A DNA stretch of 56,510 nucleotides, the filler included, from Catajapyx aquilonaris (lineage: Eukaryota): NCBI GenBank assembly GCA_000934665.2. It is 3 parts of 3 records of this genome, joined end to end, with 100 filler letters (N's around TTAATTAATTAA, not from the genome) between each part and the next. Parts side by side here need not be neighbours in the genome. Positions count along the whole stretch, not along the records: positions 37,743 to 56,510 come from JYFJ02006616.1; 2 more parts are not named here. One strand, written 5' to 3'. A model generated the notes under the pieces. It had not been told where the DNA came from and ran no database searches. It was given only the letters and a program-made list of their open reading frames with translations. Of this stretch, positions 39,810-49,469 are shown one piece after another. The position numbers and the translations under genes were made by a program. Numbering within the stretch: the stretch's first letter is position 1; every line of letters starts with the position of its first letter.

Positions 39810-40976
39810 ATGAAATTGTTGGCATTTTCGGTGGTGCTTCTGGCATGCCACACTCTGGCGTGGGTAAGTATTTCTTGGTGAGTACGACGTGACAGGCAGG
39901 ATTAAGGATATAATTATATTCCTGATCATTTTATATAGGCTGCTCCAGGAGCCAGGGAAAGTGATGATCGTCCAGTAGATTGTCACGGTAATATAATTAT
40001 GTTGCGGCATGACAAAGGGAGAAGGTGCTATTTGATTGTTTTCCCGATCAGCAACTTTAAAGGGAATCAGTTCAATTTCGTTCAATTTCGTTCAATTTTC
40101 AATATATGCACATTTTTATTCCATTTGAGCTGTTGCTTCTCTTGAAATGGTTTTCTCGGATAAACAACCTGTAACATCTCCCCTTTCACCCATTTTTTTA
40201 CTGTGCATGTGAGCAGTAGTGTACCAATCCGTAGACATGACGAACTAATAATGTAATGATTTTACAAATCTTTCAGATGGAATATGCAGCTATGAGGTGA
40301 GCATTGAAACTCTCCTGTAATGTCGAATTATTTTGAGATTAATATTGTGGCAAACGCGTCCATCCCATAGCTTCCATTTCAACCACCAGCCAGAAATCTG
40401 GCAAAACTTTCACATTTTGCTACATCGTCCACTTACTAGATTCTGTCGAATAAATCAGCGATATTGTTGCAGCGAATATTTTTGTTCATAATATTATGAA
40501 GAAGGATGTATAGCTGTGGAGCTCGATTTTATAATATTTATTTTCGATTTAATTTATCGAGCAGGACTTGTTATAACCCACAAAGTTGTAACTACTCTTG
40601 TAAAAATTCTAATAATTCTTCAGTACCTTGGAGTATAGTAACAGAACGGCCACTTGCAAGTTGCACAACAACTGCTCAAAAACCAATCAATCTCTCAGTT
40701 AATTTTTTTTTTGAACGCGAGAATTTGAAGGCATGAAAACCCAGCAAAGATAATATTGCAAAAAATAGTCACAAATTTGACAAGAATTAATTCCAATTGG
40801 CTTAAATTTATTTGCAATCCCAACAGGGGTCCAGGTTGGTGAAGCGAGAAGCAGCCAAGGGGATGGATGATATGGCTACAGCACCAGGCCCTACCGCAGT
40901 AGGCGGGTCACAAGGTAAATACACTCACATTATTATTTTAACACTAATGGTGCACACCGCACCTGCCTTCAACATC

Positions 40977-41027
<51 letters not shown>

Positions 41028-41239
41028 TCTTTTTAGGAGTCCCACAAGACAGTACGGTGCCTGGAAAGGGGGGAAAGGGCAAGTGGAACAAATGTGGGAA
41101 GGGGAAGGGAGGGAAGATGGGAGGGAAGAAGGGCTGGAAGAAGGGCTGGAAGAAGGGCGGGAATAATGGCGGGAAGAAGGACGGGAAGAAGGGCCAGACA
41201 GGCAGTCCAGAATATGATATCTATGAACTAACCGCCTAG
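39810..41239 (+). CDS. Secreted Gly/Lys-rich prepropeptide P2; 5 exons, 137 aa, paralogue of P1
   Basis: Exons 39810-39863, 39939-39987, 40277-40296, 40827-40914, 41037-41239 (phases 0,1,0,1). Translation: MKLLAFSVVLLACHTLAWAAPGARESDDRPVDCHDGICSYEGSRLVKREAAKGMDDMATAPGPTAVGGSQGVPQDSTVPGKGGKGKWNKCGKGKGGKMGGKKGWKKGWKKGGNNGGKKDGKKGQTGSPEYDIYELTA. Same TGTCGAGATGAA start context as P1. AATAAA at 41350-41355. Confidence 0.82.
40977..41027. repeat. (GAT)n microsatellite in the last intron of P2
   Basis: Perfect run just before the acceptor ending at 41036. Confidence 0.95.
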
Positions 41240-41829
41240 GCCCTATCTAGAGTAAGAAGCAGTATGTTTACTCCAGTTTATGTGGTATTGGGAGAGCCTC
41301 ATATACAGGACGGTGTAGTCACAAGTAGATATTAACATTAGAGCGAGCCAATAAATTATCACATCAGCATCTGAACGGACTGTTCATGTGGACATCATTT
41401 TTCGCAAATGATCTCATTTATTCACCTGCCTGCGGATTGTACTTGCATCCCAAACAAGACGAAATAGAAATACAGCTACATTCAAACTGCCGATTTCCTA
41501 CGTTTTGACGATGAATGGAAAGCTCTCAAGCGCCCCCCACACTTATAGGTCTCCCGAATTATCTTTTTTTTTTTTTTGGAAACATCATTTTCAACAATAG
41601 CTTCCATCTGGGCACGTATCTTACAAAGAGGAAACAATAAACGCCAATGAATGTGCAAACAAAATCACCATTTTGGGAGCAGGTTATTTGTACTTGTTCC
41701 AACACTGCAAAAATATTAGCATAATTCTCACATCAGACGAGCAGGCTTTTTAAAATGAGTAAAGAGGTCCTAGCCTTCACTTTGGAAACTACCTCATAAA
41801 TTCGGCCATATTTTTTGGATGTTTATGTC

Positions 41830-42252
41830 ACGCACCCACATTTTCCACAAAAATAGGATCGACACACGCACCTCTGGCACTAGTCTTAGTTGTTGGTTAT
41901 TTCAATATGTGGACATAACATAATGAATGATATGTCTCCCTTTCTAATTGTTTTCGAGTGTTGCAACAGCTTTTCCCATATTCCTAATAAGCTCTTCGAG
42001 GTACACTTCGTCCTATTTCCTCTCTTGAAATTGAGACCTACACGCCTACACTCATGAAGCAGACGAACAGCATGTGCCACGATGTATGCGGATCACACTC
42101 TTTGTAACTGAACTTCTCGAAAAGGATTGTACTATTTTCCCGTGAAAGTCATAAGCTGTGTCCCTCAACAGAATTGTCTCAAGTGCAGGTGACAAACTGC
42201 TCGTGTTCAACACAACGTGTTCACCCTAATGGCAGAAGAAGCAGACCGACAT
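41830..42252 (-). pseudogene. Deleted relic of a divergent ionotropic receptor (IR-C)
   Basis: ATG at 42252 is fused directly to SVCFFCH*, so the N-terminus is deleted. S1-region homology (KGDISFIMLCPHIEI) is then joined to the S2 segment (plus strand AAAATAGGATCG..CACAC..CCTCTGGCAC, compare 43930-43960), so TM1-TM2 are deleted. Upstream region is homologous to IR-A and IR-B. Confidence 0.85.
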
Positions 42253-42461
42253 TTTCTTGCATTTTTAGGTTGTCTCTTACTATAAGGCCGCAGGTGACAA
42301 TGATGTGTATGAAGGTTGCTTCTCCTGCAACAGCAATAACATAACTGATGTGTGATGAAACACTTGGCAAAACATGTAGCAGGAGGAGCGTTTGTCGATA
42401 TTTCCATCCACTGCTTTGTAATTTTACCCCCAACAGCACATAAAGAGAAACATTTGCGTCA

Positions 42462-42488
42462 CAAGGCAACCATTAATAAACAATCACA
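42462..42488 (-). promoter_or_regulatory. Conserved IR upstream element (IR-C copy)
   Basis: Plus strand CAAGGCAACCATTAATAAACAATCACA, identical at 45615 and 49443. Confidence 0.65.
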
Positions 42489-42574
42489 CCTCGCCCTCTC
42501 CACCAAGGTCTCGTTTGAAGATATTTCTCAAAACAGGAGTAGTCTGACGCATGACTATACGGAAGGTTAGTATA

Positions 42575-42769
42575 CTATGGGGCTCAAATTGTTTTGGCCA
42601 CTTTATCCTGGTCTTCAAGCAACCCTTCACACACGCACACCTGCTCAACATGGGGCCTGTGTCAGAGTTACGGCGACCCGACCTTAAAGGCCCCGCGCCA
42701 ACGTGGGGCCTGTGCGAAGGGTTGCTTCAAGACCAGGATAAAGTGGCCAAAACAATTTGAGCCTCATAG
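42575..42769. mobile_element. TA-flanked MITE in the IR-C upstream region
   Basis: ~60-bp arms CTATGGGGCTCAAATTGTTTTGGCCACTTTATCCTGGTCTT.../...AAGACCAGGATAAAGTGGCCAAAACAATTTGAGCCTCATAG with TA each side. Absent from the paralogous stretch near 49510-49545. Confidence 0.8.
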
Positions 42770-43287
42770 TACATAACGATGAAAACAGAGCCAAAAATTG
42801 TAGCATAATATGCATTCGTAGCAGTTAGAATTGATTGTAATAAAAAGGCAATAACCGTGATAATTATTTTAATTTCCAAAGTGATGTGAATACTGACATT
42901 CTGGTCAAGCGTTCGCCACTTTTACGACAAACGAACGTCGCAAATTACATCATAATTTCATTGCATGTCCACATGGAGGTATTCTGTACGTACTGTAGGT
43001 TAAGTCTCTATGTTTTCTACAAAAACCTGTTCCAGGACTGATATGTCGTCACTTGTAACAATACCTAAAAATAAACACTCATCTGAAATCTAAATGTATC
43101 GAAAAAATCTTTATAATTCAGGTGAGTAAAATGCATAGTAACAATCTCCGAACTCAATATATTGGCTGGCTTAATTATTTTATGAAATGACATTTCTCGA
43201 AATCGTTGTAATGACCTTGCCCGACTTGTCCATGCTTCTGTCTCCGCCCACTGGCCTTGATGGGGAAGTGTTCGTCCATTCCAGCTG

Positions 43288-43353
43288 AACAGAAGGTGTG
43301 ACGGTCTGTTGGTGACATCGACTGACCGGCAACAGACCGTCACACCTTCTGTT
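43288..43353. repeat. Perfect 24-bp stem, 18-nt loop hairpin just 3' of IR-A
   Basis: AACAGAAGGTGTGACGGTCTGTTG (43288-43311) and CAACAGACCGTCACACCTTCTGTT (43330-43353). Confidence 0.9.
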
Positions 43354-43462
43354 GAGCCCCTTTCTGATCGTAGTCTTGCCAAATGCCCGTCTTGGGCCTC
43401 TGTGCTAACGATTGAAGGAGTCGGAAAAGTCGGTTACGTAATAACACAATACAGGCGAGATC

Positions 43463-45409
43463 CTACGGCAAATAGGTCAATTGTTGACCCTCCTCTGATC
43501 CCTGCCTTTTCTTGCAGCATCGAATCGCGTGGCAAATGATTTCCTTCAAGAAGACGACTAGTGACAACGCAGTTCCCACCAGAAGCACGCAAAAAGGCCC
43601 TTGAAACGTCTCTATGGAAAATACTTCCGCGTCATCCACGTCACTGTCTGATGCACTTTGTTCCGCCAGTCTCGAAAGACGCCAGTGCCTTACAAACTTA
43701 TCGAAGCGATCGCTCTTTAAGGCCAGGCCGATGCTGTTGTACACCTGGATCCAAAAGTTGAAGTTGGCGGAATAAACGCTGTCTTTGGAAAAGGCCATTG
43801 AGACTTGGAATGTAGCGTAAGTGTCGTCAGACATGAAGGACGTGATACTCCCGTCACTCGAAGGAAATTTCCCATACATGTAGTATTCCAGAGAATGCTC
43901 ATTGCCCATGCACACTATATTTTTCGAGAAAATAGGATCGGGACACACTTCCTCTGGCACAGGTCGTAGTTTATCTTTAATGGCAAGGGTTCGTTCGTCC
44001 TTGTTTGTATCTCCAGACAACATAAAGTCGTAAAAATATTCAATTATATTTATGCCAAACTCTGAATCAATCAATTCCGTAAATGTCCGAGGAACTCTCT
44101 CCGTTGGAGGGTTAACTAGAAAGTCATACAATTTCGCGACATAACCAGTCCCTGTTATCATTGAAAAGTAAATCCAGAATATTATGGCGATCATAAAGGA
44201 AAGATTCATTCGAGGTTCAACATCTGGACACTGGGCAAGGATTACTCGTGCCAAATACTTACAGCTACCAAGGGGAGTGCGAAATCCACCAGGCTGCCGT
44301 TTGGTTAATAGAAACATGAACACCCCATATAATAATACACAGCATAAAAAGCAAACCCACGGGATTATTTGGTACGGATAAAAAATAATCAAAGGGGTTC
44401 GGATAATGTAGGGTATGCGTGCAAGGAAAGTCATGCGATCTTGAAAATGTGGCGTGATTAAGTCGAAATCAGTTGCGAATACTTGAACTTGCGGGCAGAA
44501 CATCAGGAATGATATATTTCCCTTTCTAACATCTTCTGCTATTGCAACAGCTTTTCCTATATTCTTAAGAGTTTCTCGAAGGTTCACATAGTCTGCTTTC
44601 CACTTGAAATTGAGGGCTTCACCCATGAAGCAGATGGGAAGAACGTTCCACCGCTCATGAGGATGGCATTCTTTGTAACTCACTTTCTTATGATGGATTG
44701 TTCTTACCATTTTCCCATGGAAGTCATACGCCGGGTCCCTCAAGATCATTGCCTCAAGTGACAAAATGCTCGTGTTCAACACAACATCTTCTACAACTGG
44801 CTCACCCTGATTGCAGAAGAAGCAGACTGACGAGATCACTGCGACATCACTGTCTTTGGTGACAATAGCTGCTTTGAACTTGAGAGTCGAAGCTGGCTTC
44901 TGCGACAGGTAACTCTGGTCTGGTTGGTCCCTCATCCAGATCAAGAACTTGTCCTTCGTCTTCTTGACGGCCAGAGATCCTTCCTCCGGATCCAGCATCT
45001 CCTCCATGGCATCATCGTAGTTGTCTCTGCAAACGATGACCAGACTGACCAGGCACTTGTGGTTCCGGGTTGGTAGGAAAGATGAAGGGTCATTGATGGG
45101 ATCACTGGACTCGGAGCAGTCCCACCTGGTCTGCTGGTGGGAGGTGGACTTTGCCAGCAGGACGAGCCTCCATGCCCTGGACATGTTGGACACCATGACC
45201 TGGAGGTGGCCAGGCCAACCCCACCCGAGGTCATGGGTCACGGCCAGAGGACACTCCCTGTCCACCCTCTCGCCTCCCTTCAGCAGGTGCCAAACAGACT
45301 CGGTCACTTGCTCATCCAGCTGGTGATGATGCTTACCATTCACTTGGACACTGCAATGGCCGAAGTGAAATGACACGACCCCAAAGATGATGACCAAGAG
45401 ATTGGACAT
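43463..45409 (-). CDS. Divergent ionotropic receptor (variant iGluR chemoreceptor) IR-A; intronless, 648 aa
   Basis: Single ORF with signal peptide, S1 start DFHGK, TM1 IFYPYQIIPW, pore VILAQ, TM2 ending GYVAKLYDFLVNPP..PRTFTEL (SYTANL equivalent), S2 end FSKDSVYSANFN..GL and last TM FQGPFCVLLVGTALSLVVFLKE. Confidence 0.92.
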   Translation of the reverse strand: MSNLLVIIFGVVSFHFGHCSVQVNGKHHHQLDEQVTESVWHLLKGGERVDRECPLAVTHDLGWGWPGHLQVMVSNMSRAWRLVLLAKSTSHQQTRWDCSESSDPINDPSSFLPTRNHKCLVSLVIVCRDNYDDAMEEMLDPEEGSLAVKKTKDKFLIWMRDQPDQSYLSQKPASTLKFKAAIVTKDSDVAVISSVCFFCNQGEPVVEDVVLNTSILSLEAMILRDPAYDFHGKMVRTIHHKKVSYKECHPHERWNVLPICFMGEALNFKWKADYVNLRETLKNIGKAVAIAEDVRKGNISFLMFCPQVQVFATDFDLITPHFQDRMTFLARIPYIIRTPLIIFYPYQIIPWVCFLCCVLLYGVFMFLLTKRQPGGFRTPLGSCKYLARVILAQCPDVEPRMNLSFMIAIIFWIYFSMITGTGYVAKLYDFLVNPPTERVPRTFTELIDSEFGINIIEYFYDFMLSGDTNKDERTLAIKDKLRPVPEEVCPDPIFSKNIVCMGNEHSLEYYMYGKFPSSDGSITSFMSDDTYATFQVSMAFSKDSVYSANFNFWIQVYNSIGLALKSDRFDKFVRHWRLSRLAEQSASDSDVDDAEVFSIETFQGPFCVLLVGTALSLVVFLKEIICHAIRCCKKRQGSEEGQQLTYLP

Positions 45410-45608
45410 TTTGTTTCACTTGCAGGGTATCTCGACGCTGTTAAGGTCAGACGCAACAAGGATGGTTCTCCTTCTACGGGAATGACAAAACTGTAGAGTC
45501 AAACTAGGCAAAGCTTGTATAGTTGCACTTGCATGGGCGTGAGTCGATAATTCCATCCACTGCTCTGTAATTTTACGTCCTACATGCACCATACCCACAA
45601 ACACCTGC

Positions 45609-45641
45609 GTCATTCAAGGCAACCATTAATAAACAATCACA
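45609..45641 (-). promoter_or_regulatory. Conserved IR upstream element (IR-A copy): X-box plus forkhead-like site
   Basis: Minus strand GTTGCC-TTG-AATGAC (45609-45623) fits GYTRYY-N1-3-RRHRAC. ATAAACA (45629-45635) fits forkhead RYAAAYA. About 200 bp upstream of the ATG. Confidence 0.65.
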
Positions 45642-46807
45642 TCCGCCTCTTGACCAAGGGTCTCGTTTGATGATGATATGCCCCAGAGAGACGAGTCGTC
45701 TTATACCGGTCCTTACTCACCACCCACCTTCCCCCTCCTGCTAATTAGTCCCTTCCTGTCCAGCTCACTCTCTCCTCTCCTCCATAGACTTATCGGGTCA
45801 TGAACCCGCGTCCTTCTTGCTACCCTTCTTCCAACCCTCCCTACCTTGACCCCCACAGAGAAGTACTCCATAAATAGGAGTTGGACTGGTGGGCTCGAGC
45901 CTCTTTCACCCTATCCTTTGCCTGATCAGGTCCTTCCTTCCTTCCTTCCATCCTATTCCTTCTCACTGTATTTATGTATCATATTGTAATATACTAGTTA
46001 TTAGCCCACCCTTGTACGTTATTCCCTCCTATCCCCGACGTACCGTTATAGTCTGACCAAACATACCGGAACAGAGTTCTGAGGAGAGTCTCTTTCGTAA
46101 TCGGAGTCAAGTCACATGCCCGTCTTGGGCCTCTGAAGTAGTAATCCCACAGTAAACTTTGCTCCATTTGTGTTTATTGATAGCACAAATTCGGAACATT
46201 GTACATTATACATTATACAAGTACATGCATTATACGAAACAGCCAGGATTTCACTTGGACCATACCAGTTTATAACCTTATTATTTGCATTGCAAACCAG
46301 GCAAATGAATAATAAATAGAATCATCCACATGCGAACATCCAAACAGCGACAATGGATTGAAAGCCCTCATAAGAGGATCCTGCGCTTTGTTTCAGTTCT
46401 CATTCACTTGTCATTAGGCTACTTTTAAAACCTCCATATTATTTTGTGGGCTCGTTGTAACGACATTCCCTGCCGTTGCTCAACATGGGACACAGTTCAG
46501 ATGTCGGATGTTTCTCTCCCCCCCACTGGCCTTGGTGAGAAGTGTTCGGCCATCCCAAGAAATCACCAGTCCAAGTCACTATAAACACGACGCGCGACGT
46601 GTCACCAGCAGACCGGAACACCCTCTGTTGAGCCCCTTTTGTATCAGAGTCTTGCCAAATACCACCAGCGTTGGGCTTCTGGGCTAACGATTGACGGAAT
46701 CGGAAGAGCCGGTTGCGTAATAACTCTCTATGTGTCAATCACATAATATACTGATATCTTTGTCATGATGGAACAGTCTACGTTGTGACAGGGAGCACAT
46801 ACTACAC

Positions 46808-47120
46808 AAGAGGCGCAAACATTCAATTTCCGCGTCTCTCTGTTTGGGGCGTTGCCAAGGCTGGCGGTCATTTTGAAGTGTGGGGAACGCCAACGAGGTA
46901 TAAATAGGGTACAGGCAAAAATAGGGTCCGCCATTTTTGATTGTTCTTGCCTTGTAGTTGCTATATGGCCGGCAAAACTATCAAAGATGGCGGACCCTAT
47001 TTTTGCCTGTACCCTATTTATACCTCGTTGGCGTTCCCCACACTTCAAAATGGCCGCTAGCCTTGGCCCCAAACAGAGAGACGCGAACATCAAAGGCGCC
47101 GACAGAAGTTTGCGCCTCTT
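46808..47120. mobile_element. Long fold-back element 3' of IR-B
   Basis: Perfect 66-bp stem (46869-46934 vs 46987-47052) inside ~110-bp arms (46831-47085). Outer inverted repeat AAGAGGCGCAAAC/GTTTGCGCCTCTT. Confidence 0.8.
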
Positions 47121-47328
47121 ATTACAACTTTAAAATTAGTTACAATAAAACTCCTCAACAGAATAGGACAGCTTAAAAGATCTGGTCCATAGTTCGCACA
47201 AAAATTGGCACTTTGGATTCAACATTGTGCAACAGTCAACACAATATTCTCCTTCATAATTGAGCTGTGGTTTTTTGATGAAGTTCATTGACACATCGAT
47301 GTAGGCAAGGGCGTCACATCGCTGTGTT

Positions 47329-49259
47329 TCAATGGGCCCCTTTCCTGCAGCGTCGATTCACCTGACATGTGACTTCCTTCAAGAAGGCGAGTAGTGACAA
47401 TGTAGTTCCGACCAGGAGGATGCAAAAAGGTCCTTGAAACTTCTCCGTGGAAAACACTGTCCCACCAATCGCCTCGTTGCCTGATCCATTCAATTCCGCA
47501 AGCCTCGCAAGTCGCCAATGATTTTAAAACTTGTAGAGGCGATCGCCCTTCACTGCTAGACCGATGCTGTTGTACACCTGCACCCAAAAGTTGAAGTTGG
47601 CCGAATAAACGCTGTCTTTGGAGAAGGCCATTGACACGTGGTATGAAGCGAAAGAGTCGTCAGAAACGAAGGTCTTAATTTTCCCGTCACTCGAAGGTAC
47701 ATTCGTGTAATAGTCCAAAGTCCCTGCATTACCCATGCACACTACATTTTCCGCAAAAATTGGCTCGAAGCAGGCTTCTTCTGGCACGGCCCATAGTTTG
47801 TCTGACAACTTAAGGAATTGTTCGTCAATGTCCACTTCTCCTGCTCGAATAAACTCGTAAACATATGATATTATGTTGATGCCAAACTCTGATTCAATTA
47901 ATTCTGGAAGTGTCCGAGGAACTAACTCCTTCGGAGGGTAAACAAGAAAGTAAAACAATTTTGCGGCGTAACCAGTTCCTGTTACCATTGCAAAGTAAAT
48001 CCAGAACATTAAGGCGATCATAAATGACAGATTCATTCCTGTATTATTTCCTGGATACTGGACAAGCATTACTCGTGCCAAATACTGACAGCTTCCAAGA
48101 GCAGTGCGAAATCTGGCCAAGGAATTGCGGCTTGGAAGCTGTCGTTTGGACAGTATAAACAGAAACACTCCATAAATTAGTAACGAACAAAAAAAAAACA
48201 GACCCAAGGGATGATTTGATATGGATAAAATATTATCAATAGGGTTCGGATAGAGTTGGGTTCGCGAGCAAGGAAAGTCACACGATCTGCAAAATGTGGC
48301 GTGATCAAGTCTAAAAGAGCGTTGGCTATTTCAATGTGTGGACAGAACATAATGAATGATATCTTTCCCTTTCTAACTTCCTCGAGAGTTGCAACAGCTT
48401 TGCCCATATTCCTCACGCTTTCCTTCAGGTCCGCATAGTCCGCTTTCCACTTGAAATTGAGAGCTTCACCCATGAAGCAGATGAGGAGAAGGCTCCACCA
48501 TGCATGCGGATGGCACATTTTGTAACTGAACTCATCGTTATTAACAACTTTTCTTAACATTTTCCCATGGAAGTCATACGCCGGGTCCCTCAAGATCATT
48601 GCCTCAAGTGACAAAATGCTCGTGTTCAACACAACATCTTCTACAACTGGTTCACCCTGATTGCAGAAGAAGCAGACTGACGAGATCACTGCGACATCAC
48701 TGTCTTTGGTGACGATACCTGCTTTGAACTTGAGAGTCGAAGCTGGCTTTTGCGACAGGTAACTCCGGTCCGGTTGGTCCCTGATCCAGATTAAGAACTT
48801 GTCCTCCGCCTTCTTCGCTTGAAAAGATCCTTTCTCCGGATCCAGCATCTCCTCCATGGCATCCGGGTAGTTCTGTTGGCAAAGGGTTACCAGACTGACC
48901 AGACACTTGTGGTTCCGGGTTGGTTGGAAAGGTGAAGGGTCATTGATGGGATTACTGGACTCGGTGCAGTCCCACCTGGTCTGCTGATGGGAGGCGGACT
49001 TTTCCAGCAGGACGGGCCTCCATTCCCTGGACATGTTGGACACCATGACATGGAGGTGGCCAGGCCAACCCCACCCGAGGTCATGGGTCACGGCCAGAGG
49101 ACACTCCCTGTCCACCCTCTCCCCTCCCTTCAGCAGGTGCCAAACAGACTCGGTCACTTGCTCATCCAGCTGGTGGTGATGTTTTCTGATCACATGGACA
49201 CTGCAATGAGACAAGTGAAAGGACACGACCCCAAAGATGATGACCGAGAGATGGGACAT
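47329..49259 (-). pseudogene. Divergent ionotropic receptor IR-B, disrupted paralogue of IR-A
   Basis: ATG at 49259 (MSHLSVIIFG), colinear with IR-A throughout. Frameshift in the A10 run at 48189-48198 (A8 restores WVCFFCSLLIYG). In-frame TAA at 47524-47526 (KF*NHWRL vs KFVRHWRL). The frame continues through the last TM to TGA at 47329-47331. Confidence 0.8.
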
Positions 49260-49442
49260 TTTCTTGCACTTGCAGGGTATCTCGACGCAGTAACAAGGGT
49301 GCTTCTTTGACAGCACTGACAAAACTATAAAGTGAATATGTAACTCGACAAAGCTTGCAGGAGCATGGACGCCAGTCGATATTTCTGTCCAATGTTCAGT
49401 AAAATTACCCTCAACACCACATAAGCACGGACACTTGCGTCA

Positions 49443-49469
49443 CAAGGCAACCATTAATAAACAATCACA
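49443..49469 (-). promoter_or_regulatory. Conserved IR upstream element (IR-B copy)
   Basis: Identical 27-mer, 184 bp upstream of ATG 49259. Confidence 0.65.

Noticed and set aside
46728..47176. Mirror-image ORFs on both strands
   Set aside because: Artefact of the fold-back element.
23064..49259. Linked pickpocket + IR + peptide sensory supercluster
   Set aside because: The channel array is separated from the peptide/IR contig by an artificial linker, so linkage is not shown.
48177..49322. 381-aa ORF as a standalone gene with an extended N-terminus
   Set aside because: It is the 5' part of IR-B. Alignment with IR-A places the true start at 49259, and the ORF ends at the frameshift.
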